A program made the translations under genes and the position numbers. DNA of 64,000 bases from Octopus sinensis (taxonomy: Eukaryota). The stretch's first letter is position 1; each line of letters starts with the position of its first letter. The DNA lies in assembly GCF_006345805.1 (NCBI RefSeq), contig NC_043018.1:14632001-14696000 (forward strand), in the 5' to 3' direction. Below are positions 34,755 to 46,984 of this stretch, in pieces. The notes under the pieces are model-generated. The model made no database searches and had not been told where the DNA came from. It was given only the letters and a program-made list of their open reading frames with translations.

Positions 34755-37700
34755 TGTGTGTGTGTGTATGTGTGTGTGTCTTCTAGGATTTCGGGCATCC
34801 TCTATCCAATTGCGCTCAAATTTGATATGTTAGATACCGACGGTATCAGGGCGTGTATAAATCTTGAAAACATTGCAAAAATCGATTCCAGGTGAGAATG
34901 CGATCGATAAAGCCGTTTTTGTCCTGCTTTTCTTCCGTCAACTTGTACATAACTGCACTTTCTAATTTTTGTTGTTTTGGTACGTAGAGTTAAATTCTTA
35001 AATTTATTAAAACTTCTTAGCATCATTACGAGAAGGTTGTTCAGCTACGCTTCTGAAAATTCAGAGGAGTCAAATGTTTTATTGACAACCAGCGTTACTG
35101 CTTTTATGTTTAACTCGCAAGTGGCTATTAGTTATATTAATGTTGAGACAAAACAGCAGCATAACCAGCAGAAGTCAGTGGCACAAGTTTCAATGTGTGA
35201 TTCTTCATTTTTAGAAGGAAGGATGATTAAATTGTGATAACGTTTGTGTTTCGATATTTTAAAGTATTTCAGTTATCTGGTTAAGGAATGTATTAGAAAA
35301 TTTGTTATTTACTGTGTTTGTTATTTATTGAAAATTTGTTATTTATTGATCACATGATCAATAATGAATTTGCAAAATTAAAGATTTATAATTTTTCTCA
35401 ACAGAAAATACTTCTTCTATGAGTCTTGTGCGTTAAAAATTCTTTCCTAATAATAATAAAAAAAAAAGTTCCTCTCCTCCGGTCTAGCTAACCCTATATT
35501 AACAGAAACTCCATAATCGGATCAGATCTTCCAATAGTTCGAGTCTCTTTCTCCGCCGTTAATATAAATACCAGTAATATCTTGAGATTGATTCAGTCAA
35601 CTGTACTTTTTTTTTTATATAACATCAAAATCGTTTCTTCGCAAGAAATCACTATTTATTCGGCTTTCTATCAATCACTCGATCGATCAATCAGACAGTC
35701 AATCAATCTATGTCTATCTGTCTGTCTATCAATCAATCACTGAGGTTTCATAATCTGACGATGTTTGCTAATTTTTTTTCTGAATTTAAAATGTTCCGTA
35801 ACCTGGAAACAAATACCCGGCTTCCGCACCGCATGTTGATAGCTACGGAATATAAAACTTGGCGTTGATCGAGCTGGACTATTATCAAAAGTATCCTTAC
35901 CGTGAACATCCCGAAATTTTAGGGTTAAACATTATTTGAGGTAGGCGTGACCATCTCTTCCTTTAGGAAGCAACTGAGATTACATTATCTGGTGTCTTCC
36001 TTTACTCAAGAGAAGAGGTGGACTGACAATGTTGTACGATCCTTAGAAAAATTGTCTTGTGGGATTCGATCCGACTCTTTACGTGCAGAGCTCAAATCCC
36101 ATACACTATTTTTAGCGTGACCAGTCAAGTAGTGGAAACAGTTTTATAATCTAACACGCTCTTCCAAATCTCAGACCATGTGTCACTATTAGAAACAATT
36201 TAAGATGGTTGGATATAATTTGAGGGAAGTTTGGTTACCGTTTCTAGTAGTCGAACGACCACAAAGAGGCTTCTTCGAATGTAGGTTTTTTTTTTTTCAA
36301 CATGCAACAACAAACGAATAGACACTGACATTTTAGCAATAAAAAATTTCATTAAATCATCGGTGTATAACTGGTTGGTGAATGGTATCAAGGTGTGGTT
36401 CACCTGAAAACGGAATTGTTCGCCAGGAAATCTGAATCCAACCGCATCGAGTCCCACTCTGCTCCGGACATACTGAAACTGAGTTTTCGAAATAACGTGA
36501 GCCGAATGTCTTTTTTTTTTATTTTCAACAAAAATTGAATAGAAAAATTGTAAATCGAGATTGTTGTACTTTCTAAAAGCTAAAAATATTTGTACAAAGC
36601 ATAATTTTCAAAAACAGAAAAAAAGAGTGGGGACATATTTACGAAACTTATTTTTGAAATCCCTGACCCGAAGTATACATTCCTAGCACTGGTGTTATTG
36701 TTTGAAAACTGGACGAATCCGTGAAAATCGGGACGTTTTGACAGCCTACTCCATCGTAGTCTTCCCTGCATTTTGGTGGATGTTTCGAAATCTAAGAAGA
36801 CTGCAGGCTTTGTTATTGAAGCATCAGTTAAAATAATAGCAAAATAAACGTATCTCAGGTGATCGTTGACACTTAAAAAAATAGATAAATAAATAAACAA
36901 GCAAAATAACAGGCGACAATATCAGTGATGATAATTATAGCCACTACCAGAAGCGACATCAAGAACAGTAACAGCAACAACAAAATTAACAACAACACCA
37001 ATAGTGTATGTTAACATGTAATTCATCCGACACCCATCTCCCACCCTGTTTTCGTAGAGGTTGATTTCATAGGGAAATCTTGTGTCGACATTTCAACTGC
37101 GGTTGGTCAGGGCGATTTTTGCCTGTAGATATTTTTGGTAATCACACGAACACTGCGCTCACAACTTATACAAATATGTACATGATGTGTGCGCAAAGAT
37201 ATATATACATATACGTGTGTGTGTGTATGTCCATTTATACACATACATGAGGTGTGTAGCTCGAATGAGGTGTTGTGTGATAGGAGTTGTTAAATTGTTT
37301 TAATAGCGAGTCATGTAAATGGGAAATAAGGGAATACTTCCCGGTAGTTTATCTTGTATGTCAATATTTCGGGTTTAAAGGTTGTTTTTTTATCAAGAGT
37401 AAGTGGAGCCTAGTGACGACCTAATATGTTTTGCTCATATAAATGGGAAGGGAACTGTTACGTACACAGACTGGCATTGAATAATAATTTACCGTAACGT
37501 ATCAACGCAAAAACGAGGCGTGGAAACGGCTACATGTCACCCCGTGGAAGACTTTGTGATGGAATCAGGCAAACATTGACTTCGTCACTCGGGACTGGTA
37601 GTTGAGTGCCATCGAAGGGCAATTCCTGAATGATGCCTTCGTATTAAAGCATCCTATTGTGCTCTGTAGAACTGAGTAATTTGTCTTCATTCCCACTAAT

Positions 37701-38475
37701 ACTGGATTAGTTAAGATGTTCGGTGTGCTATCAGAATTGATGGGTTGTGACAATCGTTGTCGTGGAGGGTAGTGAAACTCCTTTGCCCGGGGACATATTA
37801 GGCAAAAGAACTTGGTCCGAAAGAGGACTGGAGATCCAATTGCAGATGAAGCCAGAACACTTGGAAAAGATCCTGGAACAAAAGCAGTTACCGAAAGAAG
37901 CAGACGTGCGAATCAAGGTGAAGGACTGAAGGTTAAAGAGAAATAGGAAAACCTCCTCTGGTTCCGACACAACAAATACTCTTGCAACAGAAACAGGAAT
38001 TTATTTTGATGGTCATCATTTTCGTAGGGTACCGGTCCGTTCATTTCTGGTGTTAAATGGTTTTGCACATGTAGTTTTTCGTACTTTTTGTGTAACAAGC
38101 TTAAAGTACCTCCCGTTTGTTATCCTTGGCTTGAATAATATGGCTATTATTTAATTTATATTTCATTTTTGTTTTTGTTTTATGCTGGTTGGGAACAGAG
38201 ATGGCCTGATGTTGATTGGATCGTAATGTGGCGAGCGAGTTTACACGTGTTGTGCGAATGATGGAGATAATACACAGCTAAAATACATAATTTCATTTGG
38301 AAAAGAGAAATAAATTTTAATGAGTATTACTTACTCGGAAATACTCCAACATTTTAGCCGTCATTTTAGGCAGCATTTGTTGTCTATATTCTCGATGTTT
38401 TTGGATAGATTTCAGAGCAGTATTTTATCGCTCTCACAATACTAAACGTCCCCGGTGTTATCCTTATTAGTATTA

Positions 38476-39000
38476 TTGAGTGAGAGAGCAGTATATGCTA
38501 TTAAAGTGACACTGGGGTACAATTATACGAAGCCCGTCTGATAAGGGTACACCAGATACATGAAACACAACCATATGTGTACGACATTGTGATCTTTTAT
38601 GAAGATAAAGAGCGCATGATCTTGCAGGTGGGGCCCAGTTAGAATTTTCTTCAGGTCGAGTAGTCCACCCCGCTCAAAAGGTCTCTGAATAAGGTTTGTT
38701 TAAGAATGATGAACAAAACACCCGTGTTTTTAGAGGTGAATTATTTAAACCACAAAGAAGTCCTCTCCACACATGGCTACGATGCCCACCCCCACCTCTG
38801 CTCGTGATCAGAGATGCACATATCGTCAGTCACCAAGGGACATGCTCAACTGGTTATGGTCAAACAGCTGACAAGCAAATCTCTGGTAGTGAGTAGAACA
38901 TTTGTTGTACCCGTCTTTTATATTAAGACAATGAACATGATAACACACTCATATCGTTTAAGATCAAAAGCTATGAGAACCACTGCGTGGTACTACATCA
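38476..39000. mobile_element. Family E copy
   Basis: Colinear with 29748-30306 and ends in (ATC)n(ATT)n. Confidence 0.85.
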
Positions 39001-39021
39001 TCATCATCATCATCATCATCA

Positions 39022-39076
<55 letters not shown>

Positions 39077-39077
39077 A

Positions 39078-39270
39078 GGCGGCGTACTGGCAGAATCGTT
39101 AAACACGCTGGACGAAATGCTTAGCAGTATTTCACTTGTCGCTACGTTCGGAGTTCAAATTTGTCTTTCATCCTTTCGGAGGTTGATAAATTTAGTACCA
39201 GTTGCGTATTGAGATTGATAAAATCGAGTGGCACCCTCCCACCAAATTTCAGACATTGTACCTATAGTAG
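39078..39270 (+). mobile_element. SINE family C (diverged)
   Basis: AGGCGGCGTACTGGCAGAATCGTTAAACACGC...GAGTTCAAAT...TCATCCTTTCGG...AGTACCAGTTGCGTA. Confidence 0.75.
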
Positions 39271-39568
39271 AAAGGATTGTTGTTGTTGTTGTTTTGTTGT
39301 TGTTATTATTATTATTATTATTACGGCGGCCATACTGTGAAGTCACAGAAATTTGGTGCTCCATAAGTTGAAAAAGTGTTTGTAATATTTTCGGCCTTTT
39401 CAATTCTATTGTTGCCATTACATTTCTGAGATTGATTGGACAGGGCGAATAGTATTTTGTGTAGAATCCCCCCTTGTATTGCAAGGGGTGCGTTTCAATA
39501 TTTTTTGAATTTTTACTGCTTTCGGCAAAAACAACTGTTTTCCAATTTTCTGTAATCACTTATGATAG

Positions 39569-39711
39569 CTGATAAAGAAGCCATCATAATGTTCGACGAA
39601 GGAACGCGCTCCTTGTCGGGAAAATTTGAGAATGATGAAAGAATTAAGAATATGGATATCGAATGGGATAAACTTAATGACGTCACCGAGACGAAAAAAT
39701 TTCGTCTCTGA
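39569..39711 (+). CDS. Candidate terminal coding exon (or a 49-aa small ORF from ATG 39562), product unknown
   Basis: TTTTCTGTAATCACTTATGATAG| then (A)DKEAIIMFDEGTRSLSGKFENDERIKNMDIEWDKLNDVTETKKFRL*. Protein-like composition in unique sequence, no family recognised. Confidence 0.4.
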
Positions 39712-40557
39712 GCAACGTCAAAACTTTCGGTGTCGCTGTAATAGATTTATCCTGGGTTTCCCATAACTGGCTTTGTGCCAAAATTAGAAAGAAATACTAT
39801 TATTTCTTGGTTGAGAAATACATTTACGGTATGCAGTAGTATTTCCTTATGAAAACAGTTGTATATCTTAGGCGGTGGGTACAATAGGAAGACATTTTTT
39901 GATAAATGTTATATTAGTTTAACGCTTAAAAAGGAGGGAATGAGCCTTGTTTCGGATGTGCGTGTGTGTGTGTGAGCGTGCGTAGGAGGTTTCTGCTATC
40001 TGCGAAGGGGAACGAGAAAATAACTGCGGACGTTGGTCAATTCGTTTTTACGAATACTTCCGGTCACTCTGAGAGGAACACCTGTTAATAATTGTGCATG
40101 GTGCGGCAGGTGGAGATCAAAGAAAAAAAAAACGTGTAGTTGACCAAAGTTGTTTATCGTACATGTTATCTGGGCCTTGAAACACTCACAATAAAATCAA
40201 TTCGAACTTACAATTAATTCGAGTAAAATTAATTCCACCTTAAAACGTCTTCAAATATGGCTGCATAGATAGGGTTTTTTTCTGAATTAAGTGCTTAGTT
40301 AGTGTGATGAGCATAATAATTCTAATTAAACTCGTCTTGACTCGTCATGAGATGAGATAAGCTGTGTGCGCATACGTTTTTGTGTTTTGTACGTATGTGT
40401 TTAATTATTGTGTAATGCATAGAAAACTACATCATTTTGGACACATTACTCCTTCGTGGTTTCTAAGCTTGCAAAATGTGATTCTAGAAATATTTGGTCA
40501 CTATTTCTAGCAGTTTGTGCGACCACATAGCAGTATTCACCCCTGTATAGCTGGTTT

Positions 40558-40598
<41 letters not shown>

Positions 40599-41389
40599 TG
40601 TGTGTGTGTGTGTGTTTGTGTTTATGCGTGTGTTCACAGTTTGATGACTGCCACATTTGAAGATTCACAGCCAGAGGTTTTGTTTTACTGCTCAATAAGC
40701 AGCGGAAAGATCCACAGACGAAGGCCTGAAATGAATCGTCCTCTGCAGTTCAAAGACTGACCAACGATGAGGCGGTCACTAGAGTTTGCTCATGTCACTA
40801 ATGAATGGCAACTAGTTCCATTGTTTCGCAAACGTTTTGTCAAGGGCGTAGTCAACTGCCATAACACCTGTAGAAGCTCCATTGTTTATTTCATGCTTAA
40901 TTTTAACACCTCTGTCTTCGCTTCATATTTTCTCTTTCATCTTGACCCGCTTGATGAAAATGAGTGTGGGAACATAATTGACTTACTGCAGGTAAGTTGC
41001 TCTGGTTATTGTTGTTGTTGTTTTAGACTTAGATCAAAGTCGTTCGAGCCACGACCATCAATTACTATTTCTTACTTTTGAAGACAGCATGCTTTCTCGG
41101 ACAGAAGAGAGTTGCTGTCGTTGTTATGGCTGTTATTGTCCTTCTGGCGGCGGCGGCGGCGGTGGTGGTTGCGGTGGTGGCGACTGTTACTATGATTATT
41201 TAGACCCAGATCAAGCGTATAATCAAAGATGTCTATTTTCCAGATAGGTAGTGTATTTATGATTAAATTATCTGTTTTTAAAGAAAATTGAGTGTAAACC
41301 GAGGAAGATTTAACTGCAATTTCTAACACGCTGCGTAACCTCACAGAGGTTCCGTTATTGTTTGACTTCGATTAGGACTTGTTTGCGTT

Positions 41390-41592
41390 GAGTTTTACTC
41401 TTTTACTCTTTTACTTGTTTCAGTCATTTGACTGTGGCCATGCTGGAGCACCGCCTTTAGTCGATCGAGCAAAACAACCCCCAGGACTTATTCTTTGTAA
41501 GCCTAGTACTTATTCTATCGGTCTCTTTTGCCGAACCGCTAAGTTACGGGGATGTAAACACACCAGCATCGGTTGTCAAGCGATGTTGGTTG
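41390..41592 (-). mobile_element. SINE family B, 3' half
   Basis: TTTTACTCTTTTACTTGTTTCAGTCATTTGACTG...GGTTGTCAAGCGATG. Confidence 0.85.
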
Positions 41593-41597
41593 GGGTG

Positions 41598-41753
41598 GGA
41601 TTGCGCACATATGGTTGTGATGCATGTGCCTAGTGTACCCTTATCAGACGGGTTGTCATGACGGGTATACTGGGCTTCGTATATTTTACCCCAGTGTCAC
41701 TTTGATGGCATGCACGGCTCTCTCACTCAATAATAATAATAATAATAATGATG

Positions 41754-41810
<57 letters not shown>

Positions 41811-42155
41811 GCCTTCTGATCATAACTGATTGGAAGTGTTATCATGTACGTAGCTTGCCTTGGTGTAAAAGACGGTCGACAGCAAATATTCTGCTCAACA
41901 CCACAGTTGTTTGGCTTTAACCAGTTGAGCATGTCTCTTAGTGGCTGATAATATGTGCTGCTCTGATCACGAGCAGAAGTAGTGGGGGTGGGGGCATCAT
42001 AGCCATGTGTTGAGAGGAATTCTTTGGGGTTTGAATAGTTCACCTCTGGAAACATGGGTGTTTCGTTTAACATCCTTAAGCAACCTTTATTCAGGGACCT
42101 TTTGAGCGGGACGGGCTGCTCAACCCGGAGAAACTGGGTCCCAGCTGCAAAGTCC
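41598..42155. mobile_element. Family E in permuted order (two halves joined through an (AAT)n tract), opposite orientation to 29748
   Basis: 41598-41730 matches one end of family E and 41808-42155 matches the other end, with (AAT)n between them. Confidence 0.8.
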
Positions 42156-42379
42156 TGCAAATAGGAGAAATGAACAAGAGCCTCCTTGGACGATACCTAT
42201 TTTGACTGTTACCTCGGCTAAGTGCTGGTTGTTACAGGAATTAAGCGTTTTCCAACTAGGTATGCAGTTCTTAATCAATGAACGCACTCTCAGCTATTCC
42301 ATACATGTCGTGTGTTTCCATATCCACGAATGCGTAACATGTCGTAAGCCTTGTAGTGCTTATAGTAGAAAGGATGATG

Positions 42380-42433
<54 letters not shown>

Positions 42434-42700
42434 GCTATCTTTTTTTGTTCTTCTTTCAAATTTGCTTCCATTTCTTGCCGAGTGTCTTCCCGACTCCTAG
42501 GGCAAAGAAACTCATAGTATACATTGGTAGGCCATTAAACTAAACTCAATAGTTCGTTCATTTTTTTATTTTGATAGAAATAAAGTTAAATTAAAATACA
42601 TGGGTAGTAATAGTTCTCACATCGACAATGCTCTTCTCAATACGAGTGATGTACCAGTTAAGACAATCTTTTGCACTTCTTGCAGGGATGGTAGGGATTC

Positions 42701-42744
<44 letters not shown>

Positions 42745-42745
<1 letters not shown>

Positions 42746-42900
42746 GGCGGCGAACTGGCAGAATTGTTAATCCGCCAAGCAAAATACTTAGTAGCGCAGA
42801 AATCGTCTTTGCCTTTCATCCATTCGGGGTCGATGAAATAAGTATCAGTTGTGTGGTGGGGTCGATGTAATCGACAGACCCCTTGCCCCAAGTTTCAGTT
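42745..42900 (+). mobile_element. SINE family C (internally deleted)
   Basis: AGGCGGCGAACTGGCAGAATTGTTAA...CTTTGCCTTTCATCCATTCGGGGTCGATG. Confidence 0.75.
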
Positions 42901-43611
42901 CTTACTATCGATTCTGTCAGCTCGTCACCTTATTTAAAAGAACTTGATTACCTGAGCTACTGGTCCGTTGATCTAATCATGCATAACATATATTTCAAGA
43001 AGACAGCGCCTACCCCGTCCTCAATGGCTTAGGGACCGGTTAAGGGCGTAAATATAAGTAAATAACTGTTTAAAGATTATGTTGTAGTGATATGATTTGA
43101 ACTCAGTTTGAGAGACGATGGTGAATCTTATGCTTAGTTCGATACTTAATGGCTTCTATCAAAGCCCGCCGCGTTGTTGACTGTAAATATTAATATCTGG
43201 TGTATCATCTGTGTTCTTATTCACGAGCAGCCAAAACAGTTTGTAGAAATGTCGAAATCGTATAATCAACAGCTTCCTCTCGCTGCAATTCCTGAAACCA
43301 CTTAGGTACGGCTATTGTTACTGATTTTCATCCGGAAGTGGCCTCTGGCTCAATCGAGTCTCTCAGCAGAAACGTGACCTTCCGTTGCCAGGCGTATCCG
43401 CTCTCAGTATCCGGACAACGACGTTCTGTGGTTTGTGCCGTTATCGCGCTTAATCAGTTGTTTTATCAAACTTGTACACGAAGCTGCGCGGCAAAACTGG
43501 GATGTTAGATATATTTTACTTTATAAGGTCTGAAAATAACTATTGAGAAGAAATGTGTAAGATTTGAACCAACAACTTGCAAAACTTTAAGTAGAAAATT
43601 GCAATAAATTA

Positions 43612-44873
43612 TTAGGTCGTCCATTTTACCTTTTTCAAAATTGAATGAAATTTAATAGTGTTTTAGAATGTCTAATGGAATTAAAAATTATTTTTATGCA
43701 TTTGTGTACATTTAAACTAACTAGATATTATTTTGCAGAATAAGAGAATTAAAATTTCTTTGATTAAAACCCTTTCTAACATGGAAGTATCTAAAGAGCA
43801 TTTAAGGCACATAACGCTTTATAAGTACGAAAAGGAAACACTGCAGCCGAAGCTACTCGAAACATGCACTCAGTATATGGGAAAGAATGCTTGAATAAAA
43901 GAACTTGCAGAAGATGCTTTGCAAAATTCAGAAGTGGAGGTTTCATCCTTGAAAATGAAGATCGAACAGGACGTCCAGTTGAGTTTGATGATAAGCTCCT
44001 TGAGGCATTACTTGAAGAAAATCCTGCATTATCAGTTGAAGAATTAGCAATAAAGCTTAGTTCAAACCATACAACTGTTCATCGTCATCTTCAACAACTT
44101 GGAAAGGTTCCTAAACTTGGAAAATGGGTGCCTCATGAATTCTCCAAAAGCAACCGCAAATCCCGAGTTGACATCTGCTCTTCTCTCTATTCTCGCGAAC
44201 TCATTTCACACTTTTTGGATAGACTTGTGACTGGTGACGAAAAATGGATTTTCTATCGAAACGTCGTAAACAGTGGCTTGGTAAAAGGGAAAAAGCTCAA
44301 CCATAAGTAAGAAGGGAACTTCATGGGAAAAAGGTTCTTCTCTCTATCTGGTGGGTTTGCAAAGGAGTAATTCACTCTGAATTGTTACCACCTAATGCAA
44401 CAATCAATGCTCAAGTCTACTGTTAGCAATTAGAGCGTTTGAAACAAGCTTTGAAGAAAAAAATACCCGCTTTAGTGAATCGAAAAGGAGTGATGTTTCA
44501 TCAGGACAATGCGCGAACCCACACTGCAAAGATCACATCACAGAAAATCGAAGAGCTTGGTTGGGAAAAATTCCTCATCCACCTTATTTTCCCGACCTTA
44601 CTCCTTCAAACTACCATTTGTTTTGTAGTTTACAGAATCATTTGGGGGACATAACTTTCGCAAGCCAGGAGGAGGTTGAAACTGACATTTCAGAGTTCTT
44701 CGCTTTGCAACCAAAAGAGTTTTACATTGATGGGATGAAAAACCTTGTAAATAGATGGAAGGAAGTCATAGATAATCAGGGAAAGTACATTGATGATTAA
44801 ATTTCAATTAAATATAATATTTGATCACTTTTTTTTTATTCAAAATTCGGACAGAACTTATGGGATGATCTGA
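43612..44873 (+). mobile_element. Mariner (DD34D-type) transposon with a defective transposase at 43781-44800
   Basis: Motifs WVPHEF, TGDEKW, HQDNAR and HPPYFPDLTPSNYHLF, with three frameshifts and internal stops. The right TIR ends 44873 followed by TA, and a degenerate left TIR follows TA at 43610-11. Confidence 0.92.
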
Positions 44874-45347
44874 TAGTTTCGACCTTAAATTACGTACTTA
44901 AGTGTGTTTGGTGTGTGTGTGTGTGTGTGTGTGTGCATGTGTTGTGTATACGTAAATTCTTTTATTTGTTTCAATCATTTGACTACGGCCATACTGGGGC
45001 ACCGCCTTGAAGGGTTTTAGTTAAATAAGTCGAGCCCATTACTTTTTTAAAGCCTGGTATTTATTTTATTGGTCATTTTCTTCTTACATTTCACTTCCAC
45101 TAGATATATATATATATATCTATTTCCAAGCCTTTAAGCTTTGATTTAATTCACATATCACTCTCTATTTCTCCTTTATTAGTTTTCTGCTTATTTCTTT
45201 CCTTTACCCCTCCTTTTTCTATTGGCTACCTTTGACGTTATATCCTCTAACGGTTTAAAAAAAACTTAATAGCGTTCGATTCATCATTATACACATCCAT
45301 CACATTCTGTTAAAATGTCTTATTGATGAGTTTAACTTCCTTCTTTC

Positions 45348-45434
45348 TTTCCCTGATGAGAAGATTACATTGTTTTACACCATTTTATTCCTTTGGAATA
45401 ATACCAATGTTGTCTTCGAAACATATGTCGGAAG
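45348..45434 (+). ncRNA. Canonical minimal type-I hammerhead ribozyme motif
   Basis: TTTCC-CTGATGA-GAAGATTACATTG...CAATGTTGTCTTC-GAAA-CATATGT-C-GGAAG: stem II has 12 of 13 positions paired, stem III is the palindrome ACAUAUGU, and GUC cleavage is predicted after 45429. Confidence 0.85.
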
Positions 45435-45490
45435 TAAAAGAATTTTAATAATACCTGCGTTTAACTCCATTTATTTATTAATATATACAT

Positions 45491-45570
<80 letters not shown>

Positions 45571-45841
45571 ATAGGTATATATGCATATATATGTATATAT
45601 ACATACATATGCACACACGCACACACACATATATATATGCATAAAATAAAGATGATCGGAGAAAAATGGGAATTAGTGAAAAAGGATGAGAGAGAAAAAC
45701 GGTGGAGGACAGAACAGTATAGAGTAGAGTCGCACCATAAAGATTAAGATAAATTTACTTGAAAATGGATGCGTGGTGTTCAGTCAAATAATAATATAAG
45801 TAATATCTGTTTATTCATACACATATATATGTGTGTGCATG

Positions 45842-45880
<39 letters not shown>

Positions 45881-45998
45881 GGCGCGCTGTTAGTTGGGGC
45901 ATTTGAATTATAACGTCGGATGTAATCAATTGAACCACACGCGTATTTATCGTTATGGTAAAATCTGGCGTGTGATTGAGTGGATTTCATCCAGATAG

Positions 45999-46080
45999 TT
46001 TTGGCTGAGGAGCTACAAGTGGATTTTTTTGTAAGTAAAATTACATTTAATTCATTAATAGCGAAACAATTGTCCCAAAA
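45999..46080 (+). ncRNA. Canonical type-I hammerhead, monomer 1
   Basis: TTTTGG-CTGAGGA-GCTA...TAGC-GAAA-CAATTGT-C-CCAAAA, with cleavage predicted after 46074. Confidence 0.85.
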
Positions 46081-46532
46081 TAATCTGTATTTTGTTATTT
46101 TTTATTTGCCCTGTCCGTGTGAGCTAACAATCGTACTGACTTTCATGGGAAACATGTATTTTTGTGGTTGAAACCTTTTGGATTAACTGGTGCTAGAGTG
46201 AGCCATATAGTGACCACTCTCTTATATTTATTTTGTAAAAATATTATAATATATTATAAAATATTATAATAATCCAGGTTTCTCGGAGCACTAGGCCACT
46301 TGGTGTAGAATGGATATACTATTAAATTAGTATCTAATTCTCTCACCCTTATTAATTAATTATAATTATGCTGCATTTATTTCTAAATGCTGTATTTGTT
46401 TTCCGTGAAAATTTGGCGCGCTGTTAGTTGGGGCATTTGAATTATAACGTCGGATGTAATCAATTGAACCACACGCGTATTTATCGTTATGGTAAAATCT
46501 GGCGTGTGATTGAGTGGATTTCATCCAGATAG

Positions 46533-46614
46533 TTTTGGCTGAGGAGCTACAAGTGGATTTTTTTGTAAGTAAAATTACATTTAATTCATTAATAGCGAAA
46601 CAATTGTCCCAAAA
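46533..46614 (+). ncRNA. Canonical type-I hammerhead, monomer 2
   Basis: Same motif, with cleavage predicted after 46608. Confidence 0.85.
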
Positions 46615-46984
46615 TAATCTGTATTTTTGTTATTTTTTATTTGCCCTGTCCGTGTGAGCTAACAATCGTACTGACTTTCATGGGAAACATGTATTTTTGT
46701 GGTTGAAACCTTTTGGTTTAACTGGTGCTAGAGTGAGCCATATAGTGACCACTCTCTTATATTTATTTTGTAAAAATATTATAATATATTATAAAATATT
46801 ATAATAATCCAGGTTTCTCGGAGCACTAGGCCACTTGGTGTAGAATGGATATACTATTAAATTAGTATCTAATTCTCTCACCCTTATTAATTAATTATAT
46901 ATATATATGTATATGTATGTATGTATATATATATATATACATATATATATATACTATGTATATACATATACATATATATATATA

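Larger units (their letters stand above)
45881..46899 (+). repeat. 534-bp tandem dimer (1.9 units, ~99% identical) with one canonical hammerhead per unit
   Basis: GGCGCGCTGTTAGTTGGGGC starts at 45881 and 46415. Both ends abut (TA)n. Confidence 0.92.

Noticed and set aside
37565-37930. Protein-like ORF at 37747-37929 and adjacent frames
   Set aside because: Neighbouring frames are stop-ridden and no motif is confidently recognised. It is more likely a decayed TE ORF than a host exon.
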